Origin: Candidatus Eiseniibacteriota bacterium
GTDB lineage: Bacteria > Eisenbacteria > RBG-16-71-46
Length of the DNA stretch: 64,000 nt
Assembly (NCBI GenBank): GCA_963725865.1
Contig: CAVSAC010000012.1
Span: forward strand, 1-64,000
Direction of reading: 5' to 3'
Positions 52,896-64,000 of the stretch are shown here, piece after piece (positions within the stretch are counted from its first letter, which is position 1; each line of letters begins with the position of its first letter). The position numbers were made by a program, and so were the translations under genes. Below the pieces are notes generated by a model. The model did no database searches, was not told where the DNA came from, and saw only the letters and a program-made list of their open reading frames with translations.

Positions 52896-54064
52896 GGCTT
52901 CACTCCCACCCACTGGTCCTCGCGCACGGCGGGCTTGCCGGTCTGCATGGTCGCGCGCGTGCGATCCACGCAGTCGATGATGGTCTCGGGCGTCACGTCA
53001 CGACCGCCGAGCCCGACGATGTAGCCGTGGACGGTCGGCCGGGAATCGGCCGGCACGTCGTACAGCGCCGCCCGGATCTCCTCGGCGAAGATGCCGCTGT
53101 GGCCGGGCGAGATGTTGCGGTCGAGCACCGCCAGGTGCGGCACGTGCTTCACCGCCGCACGAATCGCGTCGGTGGGGAAGGGGCGGAACATCTTGACCTT
53201 GAGCAGGCCGACCTTCTCGCCCTTCTCGCGCAGCGCGTTGACGACGTAGCGCGAAGTCGATGTGATCGTGCCCGAGGTCACGAGCACGATCTCGGCGTCC
53301 TCGGTGCGGTACGGCTCGATCGCGCCGTAGCGCCGCCCGAAGCGCTGGCCCCACTCCTCGTCCACCGCGTCCGCCGCGGCGCGCGCCTCGTCCATCGCCT
53401 CCTGCTGGCGCATCCGCATCTCCATGTAGACCGCCGGCGTCGTGAGGGCGCCGTAGGCGTGCGGATCGTCGGTGTCGAGCTTGAACTGGGCCACCCGCGG
53501 CGGCAGGAACGCGTCCACGTCGGCGGGATCGGGGATGTCGACCGGCTCGGAGGTGTGCGACAGGTAGAACGCGTCGAGCACGATCATGACCGGAAGGCCG
53601 ACCCGCTCGGCGAGCTTGAAGGCCTGGATGGTGGTGTCCAGCACCTCCTGGTTGGTCTCGCAGTAGAACTGGATCCAGCCGGTGTCGCGCTGCGAGAGGG
53701 TGTCGTTCTGGTCGGTCCACACCGTCCAGCCCGGCGCCAGCGCGCGATTGACGTCCGCCATCACGATCGGCAGCCGTCCGCCCGCCGCCCAGTGCAGCAG
53801 CTCGTGCATGAGCACCAGGCCCTGCGCCGAAGTGGCGGTGAACGCCCGGGCGCCGGCGGCCGAGGCGCCGATGCAGGCCGCCATCGCCGAGTGTTCGGAC
53901 TCGACCTTGATGAAGCGCGCCTTCAGGTCGCCCTTGGCGCACATCTCGGACAGCTCCTCGACGATCTGGGTCTGGGGCGTGATCGGATAGGCCGCGATCA
54001 CCTCCGCGCGGGCGAGTTTCACCCCCCACGACACCGCGTGGTTGCCGACGATGACCTTCTTCAC
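52892..54064 (-). CDS. 2-oxoacid:acceptor oxidoreductase alpha subunit (GTG start)
   Basis: AYPITPQT, ESEHS, TATSAQGL, FRPFP, GLGGRD; 4-nt overlaps with both neighbours. Confidence 0.93.
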   Translation of the reverse strand: MKKVIVGNHAVSWGVKLARAEVIAAYPITPQTQIVEELSEMCAKGDLKARFIKVESEHSAMAACIGASAAGARAFTATSAQGLVLMHELLHWAAGGRLPIVMADVNRALAPGWTVWTDQNDTLSQRDTGWIQFYCETNQEVLDTTIQAFKLAERVGLPVMIVLDAFYLSHTSEPVDIPDPADVDAFLPPRVAQFKLDTDDPHAYGALTTPAVYMEMRMRQQEAMDEARAAADAVDEEWGQRFGRRYGAIEPYRTEDAEIVLVTSGTITSTSRYVVNALREKGEKVGLLKVKMFRPFPTDAIRAAVKHVPHLAVLDRNISPGHSGIFAEEIRAALYDVPADSRPTVHGYIVGLGGRDVTPETIIDCVDRTRATMQTGKPAVREDQWVGVKP

Positions 54065-55893
54065 AGGCCCTCCCGCGTCATGATCATGGCGCCGCGTGGG
54101 CATTCCTCCACGCACACGCCGCAACCCTTGCAGTACTTGTACGAGAGCGAGTAGCCATGGCCGCTCGAGTGAGTCTTGATGGCGACATCGGGGCAGAACA
54201 CCATGCAGAGGCCGCACATGTTGCACACGCCGCAGTTGAAGCAGCGCTTCGCCTCGGCCAGCGACTCCTCCTCGGTGAGCCCCAGGTTGGACTCCGCGAA
54301 GCTGCCGCGGCTCTCGTCCGCCGGACGGTAGCGATCCGACGTCCCGGGCACCTTGGCGAAGTGCGCCATGTTCAGCTCCTCGAACGGCACCAACTCGTTG
54401 ACCTCGTTGGTACGGCGGACCGGATCGTCGCCGCGCCAGCGCGTGATGCTCATGCTGCCCTTGCCTCCGAACCGCAGCGACTGCGCGTCGAGCGGCGGAA
54501 GCGTCTCGCCCGCCCGGGTGCGCAGGTGGTGATCGATCCCGATCGCGGCGCGCTTGCCGGCACCCAGCGCGTGCGCGACGGTGCGGGGCTCGCCGGCGAC
54601 GTCGCCGCCCGCGAACAGGCCGGCGCGGCTGGTGTGCCCGAACTCGTCGACCTTGATCAGGTAGCCCTTGCGCAACACGTCGGGCGGTAGGCACCCGAGG
54701 TCGGGCTCGGTTCCGAGCGCGGTCAGCAGCGTGTCGGCGGGCACGAAGAACTGACTGCCGTGGACCGGCACCGACTTCGCGCTCTCCGCGTCACCCGCCA
54801 CCGCCTGCATGCGGACGCACACCACGCCGGTCAGCCGCGCGTGGGGCGCCGCGCCCTCGCGCTCCACGAACATGCCGCGGATCGCGTCGAGCGCCGGCTC
54901 GTCGTCGGCGTGCTCGGTGGTCTGCAGCCCGATCGGCGAGGTCCGCCACTCGAACCGCACGCCCTCGCGCAGCGCCTCCTCGACCAGCGCGGCGTTCGCC
55001 GCCAACTCCTCGCGCGCGACGCCGCAGATCACGGTCACCTCGGCCCCGAGCCGCAAGGCGGCACGGGCGGTGTCGACCGCGATGTCGGTGCCGCCCACCA
55101 CGACCACGCGCCGGCCGACACTCGTGCGCTCGCCGGCGCGCAGGTCGCGCAGGAAGTCGAGCGCGGGCCGCACGTCGGGCACGTCGTGCCCGCCCAATTC
55201 GACCGCGGCCGGCTGGCGCGCGCCGGTGGCGACGAACACCGCGTCGTAGCCGTCCAACGCCTTCCAATCCAGGTTGGCGCCGACGGTGGCGCCGCACTGG
55301 ATCGCCACGCCCGCGGCGCGAATGTGCTCGATCTCGCGCACCAGCACCGCGCGGGGCAGCCGGAACTCCGGCAGCGAGCGCAGCCAGCCGCCCGGCTCGG
55401 GGTCGCATTCCAGCACCGTGACCGCGTAACCGAGGCGCGCGAGGTGATAGGCGCACGCGAGGCCCGCGGGACCGGAGCCGACCACCGCGACCTTCTGCGC
55501 GCGCGTGGCCACCGGGGGCGCGCTGCGCTTCGCGGGCTCGGAGTCGCCCAGCATGCGTTCGATCGCGTGGATGTTCAGCGCGCCGTCGAACTGCGCGCGG
55601 TTGCAGGCGCTCTGGCAGGGGTGATCGCACACCCGGCCGGTCACCGCCGGCAGCGGGTTCTCCCGCAGCAGCAGGTCGCGCGCGTCGTCACGGCGGTCCT
55701 GGCGCAGCAGGTCCATCACGCCCTCGATGTCGATGCCCACCGGGCAGGCGGCGTTGCAGGGTGCGCCGCGGTCCTGGTAGCGGGGCTGGATGTACTTCCA
55801 CGACCCGGTGCGGTTCGCGAGGGTCGAGGTGTTGCTCACGGCGATCGGCGGCACGCCGTGCGCGAGGTCGGGTGTGGAGCGCTCGTCAGGCAT
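54061..55893 (-). CDS. Fusion of a GltD/SudA-like FeS-flavoprotein with a delta-subunit-like 2x[4Fe-4S] ferredoxin
   Basis: TGSW.Y..P, PC..ACP, GRVC.HPC..AC.R, GSGPAG, FAGGD, EAKRCFNCG.C..C..C...CP, YCKGCGVCVEECP. Confidence 0.88.
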   Translation of the reverse strand: MPDERSTPDLAHGVPPIAVSNTSTLANRTGSWKYIQPRYQDRGAPCNAACPVGIDIEGVMDLLRQDRRDDARDLLLRENPLPAVTGRVCDHPCQSACNRAQFDGALNIHAIERMLGDSEPAKRSAPPVATRAQKVAVVGSGPAGLACAYHLARLGYAVTVLECDPEPGGWLRSLPEFRLPRAVLVREIEHIRAAGVAIQCGATVGANLDWKALDGYDAVFVATGARQPAAVELGGHDVPDVRPALDFLRDLRAGERTSVGRRVVVVGGTDIAVDTARAALRLGAEVTVICGVAREELAANAALVEEALREGVRFEWRTSPIGLQTTEHADDEPALDAIRGMFVEREGAAPHARLTGVVCVRMQAVAGDAESAKSVPVHGSQFFVPADTLLTALGTEPDLGCLPPDVLRKGYLIKVDEFGHTSRAGLFAGGDVAGEPRTVAHALGAGKRAAIGIDHHLRTRAGETLPPLDAQSLRFGGKGSMSITRWRGDDPVRRTNEVNELVPFEELNMAHFAKVPGTSDRYRPADESRGSFAESNLGLTEEESLAEAKRCFNCGVCNMCGLCMVFCPDVAIKTHSSGHGYSLSYKYCKGCGVCVEECPRGAMIMTREGL

Positions 55894-56464
55894 GCGTCAC
55901 CTCCGTGGGAGCGATGCGGACCACGATCCGCGCCGCCTCGCGGGCGGCCTCGACGTTCCGTTCCGGCTTGGTGGGCACCGACTCGGTGATCGCGTCGCAG
56001 ATGGCCTCGAGGCCGACCATGCCGGAGTCGGTCGCGAACGCGCCGAGGATGGCGGTGTTCACGATCGGCTGGGTCTTGGAGCCGAGTCCGTACTTGCGCG
56101 CGATGCTCGACGCGTCCACCAGCGCGACGCGGAAGTCCTTCGCCAGCGAGGCGTACGCGTCGGGTGAACGATCGGAGTTGATCAGGATCGTGCCGCCGGG
56201 CTTGAGCCCCTGCGTCACGTCGATGGCCTTGATCAGCGTGGGGTCGAGGATGATCAGGTCGTCCGGCTGCGTGATCTCGCACCGCAGCAGGATGGGTCCG
56301 TCGGACGTGCGCAGGAAGGCGGTCACCGGCGCGCCGCGCCGCTCGACCCCGAACGCGGGGAACGACTGGACCGACTTGCCTTCGTGGAACAGCGCGGAGG
56401 CGAGCAGCTTCGAGGCGATCACCGCGCCCTGCCCCCCGCGTCCGTGAATCCGGAGTTCGCGCAT
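55886..56464 (-). CDS. 2-oxoacid:acceptor oxidoreductase gamma subunit
   Basis: ELRIHGRGGQG, FGVERRGAPV, NTAILGA; AGGAG RBS. Confidence 0.93.
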   Translation of the reverse strand: MRELRIHGRGGQGAVIASKLLASALFHEGKSVQSFPAFGVERRGAPVTAFLRTSDGPILLRCEITQPDDLIILDPTLIKAIDVTQGLKPGGTILINSDRSPDAYASLAKDFRVALVDASSIARKYGLGSKTQPIVNTAILGAFATDSGMVGLEAICDAITESVPTKPERNVEAAREAARIVVRIAPTEVTHA

Positions 56465-56572
56465 CGGGTGCTCCTGGCCGGAGTGGCCGAAGTTGGCCGG
56501 GGGCGTCCCATCGCAGCGGGCCGGATTCCAGCTGCCGCCGGGGGCGCCATTCACTGGGGAAGAGATGCGAAG

Positions 56573-56589
56573 AGCATGCTTCGCGCCAA
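56573..56589 (-). promoter_or_regulatory. sigma54 (-24/-12) promoter for the oxidoreductase operon
   Basis: Minus strand TTGGCGCGAAGCATGCT vs consensus YTGGCACGRNNNTTGCW; GG-N10-GC spacing exact. Confidence 0.65.
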
Positions 56590-56705
56590 GGTCGGCCTCG
56601 CGCGCACGTACGCGCGAGCCCGGCCAACTCGTGACGGGGGCGAGCATTGACGGCGCTCGAACGGCCCTCTGGCGAGGGCAGACAGGGCGCACCGCGAGTT
56701 CAGCG

Positions 56706-56720
56706 CTGTCATCCTGACAG
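56706..56720. promoter_or_regulatory. Palindrome; candidate enhancer (bEBP binding site)
   Basis: CTGTCA-TCC-TGACAG, about 120 bp upstream of the -24 element. Confidence 0.45.
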
Positions 56721-56833
56721 GCGTTCCCGACAGGTGGTCAGGTCGCGGTCGCCGTGGGCACTGAGAACCGGGGTTCCCCGGCCCTGCATCGCGCTCGTCG
56801 CGGGCGCGCCGCGGCTGGTCCGCTCCGCTCGCG

Positions 56834-58747
56834 TCAGGGCCCCGCGGGCTGCGCGAGGCTCGCGCGCAGGGCCTCGAACAACCGCGCGCATTGGGCGATC
56901 AGCTCCGGGCCGTCGTAGGGGGCCACCGGCGGGCGATCCCGGGCGATCCTGGGATCGAACGCCAACGCGGCCTTCCGCCACGCGCGGGCGCGCTCCGGGT
57001 GACCCCAGTGCTCCTCGTAGATCGCTCGCGTCGCCATCGAGGCGCCGTAGAGCCAGCACAGGGTGGCGGTGTACGCGTCGACCCGCCCCGGCCACGGACG
57101 CATGCGGTAGCGCGGCAGCGGCTGCGGGGCGTACGCGGAGTCGGCCGTGAGCTCGACCACCAGGCCGCGCGGCACGCGCGCGAGCTCGGGCGCGAAGCGG
57201 GGCGGAATCTCGGGCGTCGCGAACACCCGTCCACGGGCCCGTGCCGCCGCGAGCAGCGCGCTCATCATCTCGGTGTAGGCGTACGCCACTTCCGTGGTGT
57301 CGCGGAAGCGTCCGACCTCCAGCGCGCGCGCCGCGCCGACGAAGCGCCGGCGCTCGGCGACGCAGGCGTGCGCCAGCGCGGGAGCGTTGCGGTCCAGCGC
57401 GTTCACGTACCACGAGCGACGCAACAGGTCGGGAGAGAGCAGGCACACGTCCGGACGAACGCGCTCGACGCGCTGGAAGTACCACGACGCCGAGAAGCCA
57501 TAGTCCCACTCGCGCGTGAACAGCACCGCGCCGCGAGGCAGCGGGTCCAGCAGGTCGTGCACGTGCTGCTCGACCACCACGTTCCCACTCTCGTCGCACT
57601 CGCGCAGGTGGAGCGCGCCATTGGCGAGCACCAGCGCGACGCCGAACGCGAGCGCCAGGCGCGTCCCGACGCGATCGGCCAGCGCGGACAGGCCGGCGGC
57701 CACGAGCAGCCCGATGCCGAGGACCGCGGTCAGGTAGTAGGGCGGGATCTCGCGGATCGCATAGCAGCCCGCGAACGCCACGCACACCACGATCAGCAGC
57801 AGGGCCATCCACGCCACGCGTGCCTGCCGCCGGGCGGCGCGCCCGAGACCGAGCAGGGCGAGCCCGAGGCCGAGCCAGGCCCAGTCACGCGGCACGATGG
57901 CGACGAACCAGTCCGTCTGGCGCCGGAAGGTCTCGATCCCCGGCGCGAGCCAGCCGCGGTACTCCGCACCGGTCACGTGGGCCCAGAGCCGCGGCAGCGT
58001 CTCGGGAGCACCCCAGTCGAGCGCCGGATGCGCGACGGATCGCAGCGGCAGGTAGAGGTAGGGCGTGAGCCCGAGGACGAACCACGGCACCATCGGCAGG
58101 AGGTCGAGGACCGCGCGGGGCCAGCGGCGCTCCGTGGCGAAGTAGGCCGCCAGCAGCCCGGGGGCCAGCAGGCCGGTCATGAGGTGGTTCGTGAAGGAGA
58201 CTCCGAGCGCGAGCGCGAAGACCGCGCCCGCGCGTCCGGCGCCGCCCGCCCCGCTCTCGCGCGCCGCGTCGATCGCGTCGAGCCAGCACAGGAAGCGCCA
58301 CCACACGAATCCCGCGAGCGCGAGGTGGAAGGAGTAGACCTCGAAGCCGTTCGCCTGCTTCCATACGACGGTGGTGGTCGCGGTCAGCAGCGCCGCCGTG
58401 CCCGCGAGGGCCGCGCGCGCCGCCGGCGACCGGTCGTCGCCGGCGGCGCGCGGCGGTTCGAGGCGCGCGATCGCCCGCTCGAACGCGAGCGCGAGGAACG
58501 CGACGCCGGCGGCGGCGAGCAGCGCGGCGAGCAGATTGAGCGCCACCACCGGACGCAGCGGCGACAGCCGCACGACGGCGTGCCCGAGCAGCGTGATCGT
58601 GGGGTAGCCGGTGGGGTGGGCGATGCCCAGCGTGGCGGCGACCGCGGCGAACTCGCCCCGATCCACGAAGCCGATCGTGCGGCACGCTGTCGGCACGTAG
58701 GCGGCAGCCGCGATGGCGAAGACGATCGCGAACGTGATCCGTCGCAC
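56834..58747 (-). CDS. DUF2723/TMEM260-like multi-TM GT-C glycosyltransferase
   Basis: D.GEF...AATLGIAHPTGYP, W.QA...EVY, NHL, YLYLPLRS...PALDWG. Confidence 0.8.
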   Translation of the reverse strand: MRRITFAIVFAIAAAAYVPTACRTIGFVDRGEFAAVAATLGIAHPTGYPTITLLGHAVVRLSPLRPVVALNLLAALLAAAGVAFLALAFERAIARLEPPRAAGDDRSPAARAALAGTAALLTATTTVVWKQANGFEVYSFHLALAGFVWWRFLCWLDAIDAARESGAGGAGRAGAVFALALGVSFTNHLMTGLLAPGLLAAYFATERRWPRAVLDLLPMVPWFVLGLTPYLYLPLRSVAHPALDWGAPETLPRLWAHVTGAEYRGWLAPGIETFRRQTDWFVAIVPRDWAWLGLGLALLGLGRAARRQARVAWMALLLIVVCVAFAGCYAIREIPPYYLTAVLGIGLLVAAGLSALADRVGTRLALAFGVALVLANGALHLRECDESGNVVVEQHVHDLLDPLPRGAVLFTREWDYGFSASWYFQRVERVRPDVCLLSPDLLRRSWYVNALDRNAPALAHACVAERRRFVGAARALEVGRFRDTTEVAYAYTEMMSALLAAARARGRVFATPEIPPRFAPELARVPRGLVVELTADSAYAPQPLPRYRMRPWPGRVDAYTATLCWLYGASMATRAIYEEHWGHPERARAWRKAALAFDPRIARDRPPVAPYDGPELIAQCARLFEALRASLAQPAGP

Positions 58748-58757
58748 CGCGGGGGTC

Positions 58758-59915
58758 CTAGTACAGGAACATCGGCTTACCCAGCAAGTGGGCGACCTTG
58801 GGGCGGTAGTTCTCGACGTCGTACAGCTCGTCGACGTCGACGCGCTTCCTGCCCTCGGAGATCACGTTGGCCGAGACCGTGGTGTACTTGCCGTCGCGCA
58901 GCGCCACCATCCGGCCGCTCTGACGCTTGAGCAGCAGGTCGGTCGCCAGGTAGCCGTACGAGGTCGCCACCATGCGGTCGAGCGCGTCCGGCGCGCCGCT
59001 GCGCATGAGGTAGGCGACCTGCTGGTAGAGCGTCCGCACGCTGGAGCGCCGCTCGATCTCCTGCGCCACGAACTGCCCGACGCCGCCCAGCTTCTTGTGG
59101 CCGTAGGCGTCGGCCTCGCCGCTCATGACCATCTGCCCGCCGAGCGGCTTGGCGCCCTCCGACACCGTCACGACCGCGTACGCGCTCGGGTTCGCGCGGC
59201 GGTCCTCGAGCAGGAAGTGCGTGAGCTTCTCGGTGTCGAAGTCCACCTCGGAGATCACGGCGCGGTCCACGCCCGCCAGGTAGGCGGCGATCAGCGAGGT
59301 CTCGCCCGAGTAGCGGCCGAACAGCTCGATCACCGCGATGCGCTCGTGCGAGCCGGCCGCGGTGCGCAGCGCGTGGATGAACTCCACACTGCGCGTGACG
59401 GCGGTCGAGAACCCGATGCAGTAGTCGGTGCCGAAGACGTCGTTGTCCATGGTCTTCGGGATGCACACGATCGGCACGCCTTCGCGGTGCAGCCGCACCG
59501 CGTACGACAGCGTGTCGTCGCCGCCGATCGCGATCAGTCCGTCCAGCTTCAGGTGCTGGACCACCCGCAGCACGTGCGGCGTGCAGTCCGCCAGCTCGCC
59601 GTCGGCGAGTCCGGCGTACGCGCCGCGCAGGAACTCGGGCAGGTCTTGACGACTCACCTTGCCCGGGTTGGTGCGTGAGGTGTGCAGGAAGGTGCCGCCG
59701 CTGCGGTCGATCGTGCGGGTGTTCGCGCGGTTCAGCGGCACCACGTACTCGTCGCGCGTCGCCGGGTCGTCGGGGTTGAGGCGCAGCAGTCCCGCCCAAC
59801 CGCGGCGCAGGCCGATCACCTCGCTGCCCTCGTCGGTGGCGCGCACCACCGCGGCCTTGATGGTGGAGTTCAGGCCGGGGACGTCGCCGCCGCCGGTGAA
59901 GATGCCGATACGCAT
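58758..59915 (-). CDS. Phosphofructokinase (PfkA family) with PPi-type signature
   Basis: [36 protein letters not shown]. Confidence 0.92.
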   Translation of the reverse strand: MRIGIFTGGGDVPGLNSTIKAAVVRATDEGSEVIGLRRGWAGLLRLNPDDPATRDEYVVPLNRANTRTIDRSGGTFLHTSRTNPGKVSRQDLPEFLRGAYAGLADGELADCTPHVLRVVQHLKLDGLIAIGGDDTLSYAVRLHREGVPIVCIPKTMDNDVFGTDYCIGFSTAVTRSVEFIHALRTAAGSHERIAVIELFGRYSGETSLIAAYLAGVDRAVISEVDFDTEKLTHFLLEDRRANPSAYAVVTVSEGAKPLGGQMVMSGEADAYGHKKLGGVGQFVAQEIERRSSVRTLYQQVAYLMRSGAPDALDRMVATSYGYLATDLLLKRQSGRMVALRDGKYTTVSANVISEGRKRVDVDELYDVENYRPKVAHLLGKPMFLY

Positions 59916-60009
59916 GGGTCCCTTCTCGATCAGCCGGATCCGGGTGTTCGGCCCGAATCGTGAATTCTCAGGCGGCTCCCCGCCGCGCGAGCGAGCGTCC
60001 AGGATCCGG

Positions 60010-60038
60010 AAACTAGCGCGGGGGGTGCGGAGGCACAA
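60010..60038 (-). promoter_or_regulatory. Possible sigma70-type promoter for pfk-DUF2723
   Basis: Minus strand: TTGTGC, 17-nt spacer, TAGTTT. Confidence 0.4.
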
Positions 60039-60075
60039 GCGCCCGCGCCGGACTCGCGCGGTCGCCGGTGCGGCC

Positions 60076-61185
60076 TCAGAGCGCCGCCATGCGCTCCCAC
60101 AGCCGGGCGGCCTGCGTGCGTGCCTCGGCGCGGATCTCCGCGAGGTCCGCGTGCTCGAGCTTGCCGTCCTCCACCACGGACTCGCCGTCCACCACCACCG
60201 TGCGGGCGCGGGTGGGCGAGCCCGGCGACACCGGCTCGAACTGCACGGCATCGCGCGCGAACACGGTGGGGCCGAACCGCTCGGCCGCCAGTCGCCAGCC
60301 GCCCTCGAGCCGCGCCTGCAGCACGCCGGCGCCCGTGGTGTCGCCCGCGGCGGCCGCGATGCGCTCCAGGTTCGCGAGCTCGGTCGGCATGTCGGCCGGG
60401 TAGCCGTCGGTGCCGAGCCCCACGCGGCGCGAGACCCGCAGCGACTTCGCGTAGCCCACCCGGTTGCCCTCGTTCGAGCGCGGGTTCTGGACCAGCCAGA
60501 CTCCGTGCTGCTCCGCGCTGCGGACCTGCGCGTCGTCCAGGAACACGCCGTGCGCCATGATCGAGCCGGGCGGCAGCGCGCCGCGCTCGAGCAGGCGCTC
60601 GAGCGGCCCGGCGCAGCCGCGCCGCTGCGCGTCCACCACGTCGGCGCCGTCCTCGGCCATGTGCACGTGCATCACGGTCCCGAGCTCCTTGCACAGCGCG
60701 GCGGCCTCGTCGATGGTCTCGTCGGAGCACGTGAACGAGGCGTGCAGTCCGACCACGCCGCGCACCCGCGGCCGTTGGTTGGAGCGGATGAACCGCCGGC
60801 ACTCCGCCAGCCCGGCCTGGCCCTCGGCGCGCCCGCCGTTGCGGTCGGTAGCGCCGAACGTGAGCAGCGCGCGTGCGCCCAGCTCCTGGCAGGCGTCGGC
60901 GATGACGTCGAGCGATCCGTCGATGAACGACGGCGACTCGTGGTGATCGATCAGCGTCGTGGTGCCGTGGAGCAGGGCCTCGGCCACGTACAGCCGCACC
61001 GACGCGCGCAGCGTGTCCGCGTCCAGCGCGCGGTCGAGCCGCCACCACACGCGCTCGAGGATCTGGACGAAGTTCTCCGGTGCCACCTGCGGCGCCGGCA
61101 TCCCGAGCGGCGCGAGCCCGCTGTAGAAATGGGTGTGCGAATTCACGTAGCCGGTGCGTGCACCGGCGCCCTGTTCGGCGGTCAT
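60076..61185 (-). CDS. Metal-dependent amidohydrolase, SsnA-like (compact)
   Basis: [56 protein letters not shown]. Confidence 0.85.
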   Translation of the reverse strand: MTAEQGAGARTGYVNSHTHFYSGLAPLGMPAPQVAPENFVQILERVWWRLDRALDADTLRASVRLYVAEALLHGTTTLIDHHESPSFIDGSLDVIADACQELGARALLTFGATDRNGGRAEGQAGLAECRRFIRSNQRPRVRGVVGLHASFTCSDETIDEAAALCKELGTVMHVHMAEDGADVVDAQRRGCAGPLERLLERGALPPGSIMAHGVFLDDAQVRSAEQHGVWLVQNPRSNEGNRVGYAKSLRVSRRVGLGTDGYPADMPTELANLERIAAAAGDTTGAGVLQARLEGGWRLAAERFGPTVFARDAVQFEPVSPGSPTRARTVVVDGESVVEDGKLEHADLAEIRAEARTQAARLWERMAAL

Positions 61186-61249
61186 CGATTCCCCTTGTCC
61201 GGCGCGGATCCGGCCGCGCCCGGTGGATGCGCGCCCCGCGGCGCGCGGC

Positions 61250-63887
<2,638 letters not shown>

Positions 63888-63964
63888 CGAGGTTCCTCCG
63901 GAAGCGGCCCCGCGTGCGCCGGGCGGGCGCGGCCGCGGTCCATCGGGGGGTCCGGGGCCGGGAC

Positions 63965-63993
63965 ACTATAGCGCGTGTGCGCCCGCGATTCAC
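63965..63993 (-). promoter_or_regulatory. Possible sigma70-type promoter for xdh
   Basis: Minus strand: GTGAAT, 17-nt spacer, TATAGT. Confidence 0.4.
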
Positions 63994-64000
63994 GCGCGCC

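Overview
High-GC bacterial chromosome segment. Positions 1-34.1 kb hold an uninterrupted translation/transcription core: tRNA-Thr, tuf, rpmG, tRNA-Trp, secE, nusG, rplK, a 66-aa orphan, rplA, rplJ, rplL, rpoBC, then the str, S10, spc and alpha clusters through rplQ. Positions 34.1-64 kb hold a GHL10-like glycoside hydrolase, typA, a ~1620-aa secreted sugar-dehydrogenase/PKD/CARDB protein with perfect internal DNA repeats, a hybrid kinase plus two response regulators behind a sigma28-type promoter, an SDR/epimerase, tRNA-Asn, a truncated AlkD-like gene, a Tat-type aldo/keto reductase, an MFS transporter and a DUF4920-like protein. They also hold a sigma54-type 2-oxoacid oxidoreductase operon whose delta subunit is fused to a GltD-like flavoprotein, a DUF2723/TMEM260-like GT-C protein, a PPi-type phosphofructokinase, an SsnA-like amidohydrolase and a frameshifted xanthine-dehydrogenase-family molybdoenzyme. 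The FlgD/T9SS-like C-terminal domain hints at an FCB-associated lineage such as Ca. Eisenbacteria (inference only). No CRISPR array, IS element, integrase or prophage was seen. Most notable: (i) the orphan gene inside rplK-rplA with a reorganised L1-type operator; (ii) an extreme switch to G-ending codons concentrated in the multi-copy identical sequences; (iii) the sigma54/enhancer-controlled oxidoreductase with a degenerate NADPH site; (iv) the sigma28-linked signalling module whose proteins all end in Ala-Ala; (v) RpoB H526N. All calls come from motif reading; no database searches were run.
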